In this document: positions 52,054 to 64,000 of the stretch, one piece after another
Position numbering within the stretch: position 1 is the first letter of the stretch
Layout of the letters: every line of letters begins with the position of its first letter
Source: Geosiphon pyriformis uo1
Taxonomy: Eukaryota > Fungi > Glomeromycota
Direction: 5' to 3'
Length of the DNA stretch: 64,000 bases
NCBI GenBank assembly: GCA_016748015.1
Contig: JAAOMT010000263.1
Location: 64,193-128,192 of the forward strand
Notes under the pieces: model-generated
Seen by the model: the letters and a program-made list of their open reading frames with translations, nothing else
What the model was told of the DNA's origin: nothing
Database searches by the model: none
Made by a program: the position numbers and the translations under genes

Positions 52054-53465
52054 TTTGAACGCTTTTTATTTATTATCTTTTAATCTTGAGTAATAAATAT
52101 CCTGTTAAATAGTACTAAAAGTAGCAGTATACACAATTTTTATTCATTAGTAATTGTAATAATTCGTAATTAGATTTTATAGAAAAAATATAAACCAATT
52201 AGATTTATCTCTCTCGTAATTTTTAAATGTCATTTATGAGGGAAACGAGGAAGATGGATGAATTTTAATTATTGTATCGTTGTAAACGTCAGATATTTGA
52301 TATAAGAACCTTTATTTTTTTTCATAGACTGAGAAGATAAAATAAATTTTCTGTCCGAGATTTCCTTTCCTTTCCTTTATTGTACTCTAATCAATGATCA
52401 GTTGTGAATTTCAAACACCAAAAGTGCTTATGTATTTTGCAATTTTTTCATGTTTATTCAAAAACGCTCTTTTTTTCTCATCACTAAATGAATAGAGACC
52501 TCCTCATAATGTATCAAGAAAATTTTTCAAAACTAGAGAAAAAAATAATGAACGATTCCATTATCTATTACCCCAGAACACAGTAAAAAATTTTAGAATT
52601 TTTTAAGACCAATTATTATTGGTTATGGTCGGGACTTTGTGAACTATTAAAAAGATCTAGGTCCGAGTTTCTATATAGGCACGAAAAAAATTATAACCAA
52701 TATTAGAAATATCAGAAGAACGTTCGAGAAAGTTCTGGAGTACGACAGATACGTGGAGAAGCTAGAAAGATTGAGTGAGTTGAAGAAAAAAGTCAAGGGA
52801 AAACAAGTACAGGGACGACGAGAAAGAGATATGGACAGAAGAGACGCCGAGAGAACGAATAAAAAGGGGCAGATGCAGAAAATAAAATATTTTTTTGATA
52901 ACAAAAACTCATGACTTTGGACTTGGGGACTTCAAGTAAAAAATGAAAAATTACTTTCCCATTCATCTATCTCGTTTAAAACATTGTAATATTTATTTTA
53001 CTCATATATAACATATATATTCGGAGGATAGTTTGAAGTTATCACAAAGCTATTATAGTCAGAATACTTATCTTAGGGAACGTTTAATATACTTTCTGCG
53101 ACATTAATTTAATTGTGCTTTTTTCCTTTTCCTCACTATCATTGCTTCTCACTATAGAAACTATAGATGCTGCAGTGAGACAGATTTCTTACTGGTGCTT
53201 TTAAATGCCTCATTGACTCTTTGATGCAACCATTTGCAGATTCAAAAAAACTTAATGTCATATCGAGAGAAAGACATGTCCCTTGAGAGGTTTTTAGAAA
53301 CTGTGGAGAGTCTTCAACAAACAAGATTAGTCCTTCTGCTGAGACCAGAAAGTGGTTACTTTCGGCAAATTGTAGGTAGTCCGGACGCCATACACTGCAG
53401 CGCCTATGATGTACTACAATTGACTGAATTTTTTTCACTCAGTCACAATGATGATCTGGAGTTTC

Positions 53466-53486
53466 GGGGGGGGGGGGGGGGGGGGG
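53466..53486 (+). repeat. Poly-G tract
   Basis: About 21 consecutive G. Confidence 0.9.
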
Positions 53487-54839
53487 AATGTCTAGTAAAA
53501 GAGTTCAACTCGAAAGTATGAAAAACTATGATCGAGACCAATTTTCCTTTGGCAATGCGTTTGGGGATATGGGTAGAAGCTCTGTGGGGAGAAAACAGGA
53601 GTACTAGGTACATATTAAAAAGAACTGCTGGAAGATAGACGGCGGACTTCTCATTGGTCATATACTAAATCTGTTATTATTCGGAGCTCTTTATGAAACA
53701 CTTGTTTTTCATTTTTACATTATTTGCTGGAAGATCATTTTTAAAAAAAATGGGAAATGATGTTACAAAAGGAAAAAGAGTAAATATTCATACGAGGACA
53801 ATAATCAAATGGCTATTATTAGAAAAGACAAATAGAAGATATTTGTAAGCAAGTATTTTGAACTAGAGGATTGATCAACTAAAAAACTTTATCAGAAATG
53901 GAAATTTATTAATCTAGACTTTTGGAAAAAAATAATAGATTCAGTGGATTTAGTGTTATTTATATCCCAAAATAAAATCCCATCATTTTGTATTATTTTA
54001 GTTATTTGAAATATCACTATCATCATCCTTGGTATTACTCTAAAACTTGGTATGCGATAAAAGAAATGAATCAATTAACCCCTTCCTAATACCACACAAA
54101 TCAAATCTTATTTCTTCTATCTGGGAACCTTTTACATCAAAGATCGATATTTTCATCATATCCTCGTCATTTTTGTTATGCGAGATTTAAATTCTTATAA
54201 TTATATATATATATATATATATAAGACTTTTAAATTATTTAAAGAAACTCTGTATATTGAATACCAGTTTGTTTGTTAGCACAAAAAATTTGATCAAATG
54301 GCTTCTTTTAGGAACTAAAAGATTCTATAAAACTTTCTATTTATTGATTTTATATAACTTCAATTTCTCGAGAATTTAAACTAAAAAAATTTTTAAATAG
54401 ATTTGAAAAAGGGTTTCAAAGAAATTAAAAATTATACGATAATCTCATATCAGCATTAGTGATAGTGTTTTAAGTTTATTTTATGTTAGCTTTCTTCATT
54501 TTTGAATAAGAAAAGAGGAATTAGTTAGATTAGAAATTGAAATATTAAAATGTCTAGTTTTACCAAAACAAAATTTATTTATTTGTTTAACGTACATGTA
54601 CATGTACATGTACAATAGGAAATTACAAGATTCTCGTTCAGATTTCATGAAAAAATATAATAATAATAATCCTCAAGTCTACTAAAGGTTTTAAACGACA
54701 GAGATTCTATTAAAGAAGTATTAAAAATTTTTTTCCTTCCCTTCTGGAAAAATTTGTATTTTAGAATAATTTCGTGAAACTAAATAAATTTAGTTTTACA
54801 TGTCGAAAATTTTGAAGTGTAGCATCACCTATAATACAA

Positions 54840-55663
54840 CTATGAAAAATTCCATAAGAGTCTATTTAAATTTGAGTCATGTAACAAAGTTTCAAAATAT
54901 ATGGTCTATCGATTTGACGTTTGAATAAAATTTAATAACAATGACTCATTTAGTCTGAATAACTTAAAAATGAAGATGCTAAGTTAGAAACCTTGACACA
55001 ATCAAAATCATTAATGGTTTCCGGAGCGAGGTCATCAATAAGGGCTTGAATCCAATCATAACCAATTGGAAACGCAGCAAAGAAAATTGACTTGTTATCA
55101 CGTTTTTGAGCTTTCGATTTGTTATTTTGCTTTTTTGGAAGTTTGTAATCCTTTGGAACTCGGATGCCATTGCATTTTTTAACAATTGTTTCGCTTGGTG
55201 CTGGGCTAGTCTGGGTTGACGTTGGAGTGGAAGATGAATTGTCAGATGGAGAGGGAGTTGAAGATGAAGTGTCAGGTGGAGAGGGAGTAGAAGATGAAGT
55301 ATCAGATGGAGAAGGAGTAGAAGATGAAGTATCAGATGGAGAGGGAGTAGAAGATGAAGTCTCAGATGGAGGGGGAGGGGGAATCGATGAAGTGTCAGTT
55401 GGAGTTGGAATCGATGAAGTATCAGGTGGAGGGGGAGTAAACGATGAAGTGTCAGGTGAAGCAGCAAAAGGGATTACGTTGCCTACGTTATTATTTCCCG
55501 TATTATTTTCATTAGTATTGCTACCATAGCCGTTACCAATGTTTCCATTTCCATTATTATTACCCCCTTGACGTTTCATCATTGGGGAAGCATAAGAAAA
55601 ATTAAACATAGAAAGAATTACTATGGAAAAAATTATTAAGGTATTCATGAATTTAGAAACCAT
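54840..55663 (-). CDS. Secreted Ser/Pro/Thr-repeat protein (exon 55663-54992, probable second exon 54905-54840)
   Basis: Signal peptide MVSKFMNTLIIFSIVILSMFNFSYA, KR site, G/N-rich segment, repeats of SDTSSSTPSP, then KKCNGIRVPKDYKL. The GT-AG splice to TIYFETLLHDSNLNRLLWNFS* is plausible but not required, since the unspliced ORF ends at 54950. Confidence 0.75.
55225..55460 (-). repeat. Coding minisatellite, ~27-33-bp units (~8 copies)
   Basis: gatgaagtatcagatggagagggagtagaa-like units on the + strand. Confidence 0.9.
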
Positions 55664-56679
55664 TTTGCTTTCTTTTTTTTAATGATTATTTTTAAAGAGT
55701 ATAAAAATTTTTTTAGATTCTTTGGGTCGAATTCTCTTACTTATATAGCTTATGACTTTGTTAAAGAATCTTTGAACCCGAACTCTGAAAAACACACATA
55801 ATGACATATATATTATATCATCGGTGAAATGGAGTATTTTTCTCGGTCATTTTGAGATCATCTAATCTTTTTTAAGTTAAATTCGGACTTTTCCCTAGAT
55901 TTTTCAGATTCCCATTTTCTGTGCAGCATACATTAACTTGTTCGCTTCACTCTGATTGAACGAAATCGGTTTTTTGGTTTCAGTTATTTTAGCTACTTTT
56001 TTCAAATCAAAAAGGTGTGAACTAGGCGTTTACTGGGCAATAAATCTAAATATCTAGGCTTTTATTTTAAACGTTTTTTTGTGATACTATTTGAAAAGTT
56101 TTAACGTTTATTCCCCTAATCAGTATCTAAATTAGAGCAAAGTGGGGACACAGCCATCCAAATTATTTTCTACTGCTCTAAAAATGATAAAAATCTAAAA
56201 ATTTCTTTATTGATGATTATTTTGAGCTAACTATTTAAGTTTTAAAAAGCATTATTCATATTTATGACTTATAAATATCTCGAATTGATTTCATCTAAAT
56301 TTGTAATTACAAAGGAAATTCCTGATACAGAATTCTTCAGGCATATTCTATGTTAGTTATTTTTTATCGTAGCATAGTTATATAAATGCATATTTTAAGG
56401 TTTAGTTTAAATTAAGTTAACAAGAAATTAAATTAACCAAGTGTCAGATTGATTATAATTTGGAATTTTAATATTAATTAGTTTTTAATAAAAATAGAAA
56501 TATAAGTAAACAATAATTTATCAAGCTAGTTAAAATGGACAGCCATTTATAAAAAAAAAAATGATTCGATATGTAAAAAACTGTTCATTTGTTCGTTTCT
56601 TTAAATTATTAGTTTTATATTGCTTTAAAGATATCCGATTTCTTTTAAATTTATCAAAATAAATACTAACAATTTACTT

Positions 56680-57161
56680 TAGATCCAGGAACAAATTTCA
56701 GGATAAGGAATATAATCAAATTTAGCACGAGTTTCATGGGCTACGTTATCAATCAAATTTTGAGCCTTCTAGTAACCTATCTATTTCAAGCTTATAACCT
56801 TTTAGCACTCGAATCCCATCACACTTTTTATCACCATTCTTCTTTCTAGCAACTTTTGATTTTTTATCTTTTAATCCCTTTTTTTGGTGAAGACCTGTCA
56901 CTTCTCTTATCGTCTTTATTGTTTCTAGTATTATTTTCATTGATGTTATTACCATAGCCACTATCAATATTTCCGTTCCAATTTCCATAACCGCGGCCTT
57001 AACGTTTTACTAAATTGACTTGACGCGAGGGAAATTGGGGCTTTAAAACCTTTCGGAGCTTTATAATACTACGATCCCGATTGATAGGCAGAGGATATAT
57101 CAAAAATTGAGAGAAGAACGATAGAAATAGTAATCAAGTTGTATACGAATTTAGGGACCAT
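56680..57161 (-). pseudogene. Pseudogene paralog of the secreted protein at 54840-55663
   Basis: MVPKFVYNLITISIVLLSIFDISSA..., KR*GRGYGNWNGNIDSGYGNNINENNTRNN and KKCDGIRVLKGYKL align with the neighbour. It has in-frame stops and a frameshift. Confidence 0.8.
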
Positions 57162-58027
57162 TTTATGTTTTGATTGTAGTTTTTCATGGATTTAAGATTG
57201 AAGATTTTACTTTTAATGTTTCGAAAATTTAATTTCTTGCTTGAGAATTTTTTAGCTTATGTTCAAGTCAACGATTACCTTTATATTTTTGATTCTTTGA
57301 ACTGATTCCCAAGATTGGAGATTTACAAACTTTGAAGATCTAATCCTTTATTTGAAAACCTCGGGTCAATCGTTTATTTTATACACTGTCAGAAATTCAT
57401 GAAAATCGCTGTTTATTGTTTCGAATTTAACTTGTTTTAAAACCACCATGTCTTTTAGCTTTGTAGGAATTCCAAGTTTATTATATTATTATTTAAATAA
57501 ATAAGGTATTTATCACCGAAACTTCTTTTTAAGAATTAATACCAAAAAATTTCAAAAAATATAGTTGCGTTAACCATCCACGAGATAACATTTAAAAAAT
57601 TTTCACATGTTATAAATCCTAAATTCGAAATTTAACTATTTAGAAATAAGATAGAAAGAATTACTAAATATTTATACTTGAAATATATTATATCTCCTAC
57701 CTCTACAGGTTTAAAACCTTTGCTGTATGCCTTCATTTAAAAATCATTATTTCAGTCTTAATAACTATCCTTTCATTTGTTAAATAAATTTTTAGACCGT
57801 TTTCAATGGATAAAATTCTTAATAACTGTCTATTTTTAGACTTTATTTAAATTTTTTTTTCCGGTAAAATAATGTAAAAATATAATAGTAAAGATAATTA
57901 TATATAATGTGACTAAGATTGAAAAAAGTTATAAAGTTATAAAAGGAAATTAGACCTTCTATAGCGTTTTAAGTAATCAAAGATGTTAAATTATTAATTA
58001 TATAAAGGAATCAATTGGTAATACAGT

Positions 58028-59187
58028 TTAAACTTTATTTATTAATGTAGAAATTCCTATTTTCTTTATATAAGCATCTAAAAGTGGTATCGATGCATTT
58101 CTCACTGAGGCGACAAAGGCTATAGTTTTAACTGCTTCACTAAGCCATTGAACTTCGCTAACTCCGTCAGGCTTAACATAAGCTCCTTTAGATGTTGCTA
58201 CTATCTCCTGTTTCATCGCATACTTCATTCCGATCTCCCCCAATTTTCCATCCGGAGTTAACAGTGAAAAATTCGAAGCCAGCTGACCAGAGAATAGAAT
58301 TGTATTTTTTCCTGGATTAATTGTGAGATCTTGAATTTCGGCTGGACCTATGTATGTGGTATTATAGTAAATATCGATTCCAAAGCTGCCGAGATAGAAT
58401 GTAATTGATGATGGGTTATAAAGATCTGCTTGAATTGATTGACCAAGTGTTGTGATGGAGGCGGGACTAATCTTGTAGCTTGTTACATTAACATTTTTAA
58501 GTCCGTTGCCACCTAAAATAAATTTTAAGAATTATCAATTATTAATGATAAATTATAATCTTATATTTTAAAAATTATTCATTATATATTAGAAAAACTC
58601 ACCGGCTAATAAGATATCTTTTTTAAAGTCAAGTCCACTTTTTGTTATACTAAGAGCCTTAACAGTTGCCTTTCCATCTAAAGTCCATGTAAACTCTTTA
58701 TCATTCAATAGGACTTTTGTAAACTCTTTAAACTTTTCTTTTTTAGTAATCAAAAACTCTTCATTAGATTCTATCTCCGCTTCACCATGATGAATGTTCG
58801 TCTTAGAAAACCTTACATTCCCTAACACAGTACCATTCCAGATAATATTAACCGGATCCGGAAATCTGATGCTAGCATCTAAACTTCCAGCAGTTTTAAT
58901 TTTTAATTTTGTAAGAAGACGAAAGGAAGATTCGGTAATTGGTGGGGAGATTGAAAGAGAGGTGATTGTTATGGTCGATTTATTTATTTTATTTTGAATA
59001 GTTTTTGGAAATACAACAAGGATCAGAACCGGGATTAAGATTGCAAGGAATATAAGAAGAAGGCTAATTAATAAGAACCAGAATTTTTTTTCAGCGTAAA
59101 ATTTAGATTTAAATTAGGTCTAGATTTAGATTTAGATTTAGAATTAGTAGGTAAGAAAGAGTATTCAAGAGTATCCTGGGGATTCAT
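58028..59187 (-). pseudogene. DUF3712 (Tag1-like) type-II membrane protein gene with a single 1-bp frameshift near 59115 (exons 59187-58603, 58512-58028)
   Basis: TM segment KKFWFLLISLLLIFLAILIPVLILVVFPKTIQNKIN; FKEFTKVLLNDKEFTWTLDG; YNPSSITFYLG; DLTINPGKN; QWLSEAVK. Everything is open except a -1 slip in a (TCTAAA)n repeat. Confidence 0.75.
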
Positions 59188-60690
59188 GTTTTTATAATTA
59201 AAGATATGAAATTAGTTTTAAAATTGCACTAGTATCCTCTTTAAAAGCCAAAATGATTAAATCAATTTCGATAGGAATAGTTAAAATTAAATTTTTTTTT
59301 TCAAAAAAAACAAGGTGTATTTAAAGATATTCAAAATTTTTGTTTATTTTGTAAATATTTATAAAAAAATCAATTTCATATTAACTTTCGAAATTTTTGT
59401 CTGAATGTCTTTTTTTCTCATCAGGATTTTGATAATCTTTATTGTCTATCAAGAATTTAAACTTGTTTTAACCCTCAACCGTTTAGTTTCAAAAAATTGT
59501 TAACACCGATTTTCTTATTATAATTTTTTATGCTCATTTTATTGGAGATTTACAATGCTAGGATTAGTGATCATTATAATTCTCTGAATGCATTGTCGTT
59601 ATTACATCTGTTTATATCCTTATTAAAAGTGAAGCTATTTTTAAATTTGAAAAAGAATGCATTTATTCTTTTTTAGGATCTAAAATAAATGGGAAAACCA
59701 GTACCTTTGAAAAAAAGCTTTACAGATCATGTTGAAAGAGAAACAAGATTCTCAATCAATATTACATTAACTCTTTATGGAAGACATATGTTTAACTTGT
59801 AATAACTATTTTTCAACAAATTCTGCTAACCTTACAGAATTTATTTAAAATATTATATATTATTCAATATTTTTAATATATTCTTTAAGTAATTACAATT
59901 GTATTATTGAATAAATAAAATATATTTTTTTCATTATTAATGTTATGGTTTTAAGCAAAAAAAATTTTTTGTTTAGTAAATTATTTTAAAAATTATAATT
60001 TTAGTTAATATTAATTTTTTAATTTTTTTTTATAAGTTTTTAATATATATGTTACAAAGTAAAAGTTTTTTTTAAAATAAATTAAAAGAGTTTAGACAAA
60101 AACTAATCAAAATCATAAGATCCATTGAAAAAATTTTGGTGAAGAAGCAAATTTTGTAGCACCTAAGAGATGTAGTTCAAGGGTGATGTCACAAGAGCAT
60201 GCATGTGTTTGAAGAGTTGGTGGAATTGTAAAAAATAAAAATAGATTTATATTTATTACATTAGATTGAAAAAGTTATTCAAATATTACCAGACATTTAA
60301 AAAATAGAAAATTTTGAATTTAGAAAATTGTCCATATTTCTGATTAAAGATTAAATTTTATTGTATAATATAGCTACCGGATTTTCGTTTGCATTTCCAA
60401 AAGTTTTATATGCTCTGGTAACCCATAATGTTTATTGGATCCTTTGCAATAATAAAGCTGACCCAAGATTCGGTGCTAAAAAACTAAAATTTCCCGGTTT
60501 TTTATCTCTAGCATGCAAGAAAATGAGTTAATTACTGTGATGATAGAACAGATAAGAAAATCCACTATAAATTTCACTACTGGTAACTTATGGATCTTTT
60601 TAGAAGGTAAACATAAACAAGTGGGCTCAACGTAATCACTTTTTAGATGCTTAATTATAAAAACCTAAGAATTTTGCTTCCTTGATATTC

Positions 60691-62016
60691 ATGACGCCTC
60701 CACACTTTATCTCACGATTTCGGCAGCTTACTGAATAATGTAAGATTCTCTGATATTAGGATTGTCGTTGGCGATAGTTCGGTGAGTTTAGTTTGGTCGA
60801 ATATACTTGTTAATTTTTTATTCATACATTTTGTCTAGATACAAATATGGTGGTAAAATATCTCTTGAAGAACACGGAATACTTACGATCTTGGAATTGC
60901 TTGTTGCTGCTGATGAGCTCATTTTGAAAAACCTTATCAACTACCTGGAAGACTATCTAATTGAATATCACGCAAAACAGCTAGTAGAAAACTTTGCCTC
61001 TTTACATGAAACATTATTTATGCATGATTCGTTCAAAAAGCTACAAGGATTCTGCACTCAAATTGCTGTTAGACGTCCAGCTATAATCTTCAGATCCCGA
61101 GATTTCATCTCCCTTAATAAAAGTTTTCTTTCTTCGATTTTATCCCAGAATGACCTTATCATGGAAGAATCTCAAATTTGGGAAAAGGTTGTGGAATGGG
61201 GAGTTGCTAAATTGGGTAGCAATATTGATATAAAAGAAATCTCTAACTGGACAGATGAAAACTTTGAAGCCTTTAAGGAAATAATTGAAGAATTTCTACC
61301 TTTAATCCGGTTCTTTCATATATCTTCGGTTGACTTCTACTACAAAGTAAAACCGTTTGAAAAAATCTTGCCCGAAACTTTATATGAGGATCTTTTACAT
61401 CATTATTTGGTACCGGGGAGTCATCAAATGTCTGTAGACGCTCAGACATTACGTTGTTCTCGATTAAATGTTGATTCGAAGCTTCTTCGATTGCATAATG
61501 TAGAGCAGCTTGATCACTGGATTCAGGGCAAAGACGAAAATACTCCTTTCCAAAACCAACTTGAATATGATTTTGTTACTTCGAGGCAGTCGAGACGGAT
61601 TCAGTCCAGCTGATTTTCATCGATTATGCGATAATAAAGGAGCAACAGTTAGTGTTATCAAAGTGAAAGGAACTGGTCAATTAATTGGTGGGTATACCCA
61701 AGCATCTTGGGATTCTTCGAATGAATATTTAGATGGAACAGGCAGTTTTATATTTTCTCTTGATGGCAAAGCTGAAGATGCTAAACTTAGCAAATCTGTT
61801 TCCGATAATGGACCTTATGGTGCATCAAATCGTGGACCAGAATTTGGCGAGTTTAGTATTGTAATGAAAAGTGAAGATTTTCAAAATAGGCCTGGATGCT
61901 TTTGTGCAAAGGATACACATTATGAGCACACGATAATGCCTAATTCAGAAAATGAACAAGTAGACTTCTTTGTCGAGGAGTATGAAGTTTTTCGAATCAG
62001 AAATCAGAAACATTAA
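60691..62016 (+). pseudogene. BTB-BACK-TLDc protein pseudogene
   Basis: Exon 1 (60691-60781) is a deleted copy of the exon at 61-317; intron 60782-60838. LELLVAADEL and EESQIWEKVVEWG (BACK); LLRGSRDGF...FHRLCDNKGATVSVIKVKGTGQLIGGY...VEEYEVF (TLDc). Frameshift at ~61570. Confidence 0.88.
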
Positions 62017-64000
62017 AATTGGTTATATAATTTAATTAATTGAGTTTTTATATTTTCTAAAGTTTATATTAATAGGGTTCCCTATTTTGGAAAAGATTCT
62101 TTTAGAACTTATTACTATAAGCTCTACAATAAAGATACAGAATTGGATATGAAATATTATTTCAAAAATCAGTGTATCTAATTTCAACTGAGGTTAGTGC
62201 CAAATCTTTTAACTACTTTGAAAATTATTTCAAGTTAAAATATATTCTATGTTATTAAAAAATATTCATAACTTTGTAAGATACGAACAAGATAGTTTTA
62301 CGCCAATAATTTAATATATAATATATTTAAACATAATGAGTTAACCAATTTAATCAAATCCAAAAAATTTAATTCAGCTAATTAATGTTAATAAGATCAA
62401 ATATAATTAAGCTTGTTGCCTATAAAAAATCATTAATAAAGGATACATTTTGTTATATCTGATATTTTTCAATAGAAAAATCATAAAATCTCCTCGAATT
62501 ATGCACTTGAAAATCCTACAAATTTTGATGTTCAGAAAATTAATGGTTTTTAGATTGTAGTTCTTGAAAATATTTTAATATTAATTTTGCTCAAAAAAAG
62601 GCAGTAAAACAATATTGAAGATAAAGCATTTTGTGAACAAATAAAGCAAACAAGAGGAAAATTTTTTGATTTTTATATCTTATTTTTATATATTATATTT
62701 ACATACTAATATTTAATTTTATGTTAAGTAAATAAACCATAAAGCTTCATAAAAGAAAGTAAAGAATTTGGCAAAATGCCTAAAGTAAAATTAAAATAAT
62801 TAATAATAGTTTATCACTATCAATTTATCATCCTGATTAGAATGAATTCAATATTATTTTAAGCCTTCATTCGAGCAGTGAAAAAATGATAACCATTTAA
62901 ATTCAATCGTAGAGCTCATTATTATTTCATTCAAATTGTGTAATGAGTTGAAATTGACAAATAGATAATGCTGGAAGTCGAACGTTACAAAACCTAATAT
63001 GTGAATGAACATAAGAAAATGGAAAACACATAATATTACGTGCTTTATCATGGATTGTTACCATGTACATATTCAGGCATAATTATTTTGTGTTATTATA
63101 CTATGCAACTTACTGTCATTTCAGGCTCAATTATTTAATATGAATGAATTTTATTTTAAATTTTCAGGCCAAAAAACTTGAATTATATTTAAAAATAATT
63201 TTTAGTCGTAATGAATAACCTTGAAATTATATGTGCAAGGATAAAATAAATTTCTGTAGGAAATATCAACTTAAAAAAATGATGGATTAATATTCTTGGG
63301 AAAAATGTTTTTCTATTGATTTTTGTTCAATTGAATTATATATGACATCTTTTTCAAGTAGTCTATCAGTGAAGAGATGTTTTTGAACTTGGATTTTATA
63401 AAATCTATATATAAAAGTATCAAGTTTTTGCAGCGCGGCTTATGTGTATTAAATTAATTTTTTATTTACAAGTAAGATTTTATTTAAAAGCTAGTTTACC
63501 CATTTGCTGATTTAGAATTTTGAGCTAATTTTGGTGATTTTAAAATAAAAATATTCTTGATTTATTGAAAAAAACTTTCTAAAGCAACTTTAAATCTTGA
63601 ATTCAGGTTAGCAAAATATCATTTTTCTTGGTTAAATGCTTTTTAAGAATCTAAGCCCATCATGATTGAATATATTTTCAGTCTAAAATATTAAACTGAC
63701 AATATATTTATTTTATATATTGAACTTGAATTAAATCTTAAAAATAGTATTGCTTTTCAAATGCTAAATTGAAGTTTTCATCATAAATAGATATTTTTGA
63801 ATAACATAAATCTTTAGGATTATTTAATATCTAATATTCATCAGAATTTAGCAAATTAGAAGTAAATGAATTGTTCCAAAATAAAAGGACAATAAATTTA
63901 TTACAATCTGATTCATAAAAATCATTATAAGGATTGAATGAATAGCATGTTGATTGCTTAGCGATGTTTCTTGCTAATAAAGGAAAAACTCTTTTTATGC

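Noticed and set aside
52620-53700. Several short ORFs and a purine-rich stretch around a poly-G run
   Set aside because: No recognisable domain and no consistent splice structure; may be a relic, but unsupported.
55225-55460. Regularly spaced ~30-bp repeats resembling a CRISPR array
   Set aside because: Head-to-tail coding minisatellite with no unique spacers, inside a eukaryotic secreted-protein ORF.
62850-63150. GC-richer island in the AT-rich right end
   Set aside because: Probably a TE fragment, but no motif or termini could be identified.
1-64000. tRNA, rRNA or snoRNA genes
   Set aside because: No cloverleaf, rRNA-like or convincing box C/D pattern seen by eye; tRNAscan-SE or Infernal would be needed to exclude them.

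Overview
Very AT-rich eukaryotic nuclear DNA with short (~55-185 bp) spliceosomal introns. The gene repertoire (BTB-BACK-TLDc, Sel1-repeat, HMG-box, F-box/LRR, tandem class-3 lipases, DUF3712, DUF1774) points to an early-diverging fungus of the Glomeromycotina. The RNase H/CCHC LINE remnant and the lipase duplication would fit a Geosiphon-like genome; this is inference only. By hand I reconstructed 12 apparently intact genes (one, the BTB gene, is cut by the window edge). I also found several pseudogenes (BTB-TLDc paralog, secreted-protein paralog, frameshifted DUF3712, F-box relics) and transposon relics (pogo with TIRs, Tc1, LINEs, long hyper-AT decayed tracts). The most interesting stretch is 26.8-33.3 kb. 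Between an active-looking secreted lipase and a paralog lacking both the catalytic Ser and His lie two features. (i) A decayed C-terminus of a TnpB/Fanzor-type RNA-guided nuclease on the minus strand, absent from the ORF track: zinc finger CxxC...CxxxxC plus RuvC-III R-N-x-N-A-A-x-N-I, followed by a stem-loop-rich tail where an omegaRNA would lie. (ii) An intronless, broken uridine-kinase-like gene that looks bacterial, possibly from a Mollicutes-related endobacterium. All family calls come from motif recognition by eye; no searches were run.
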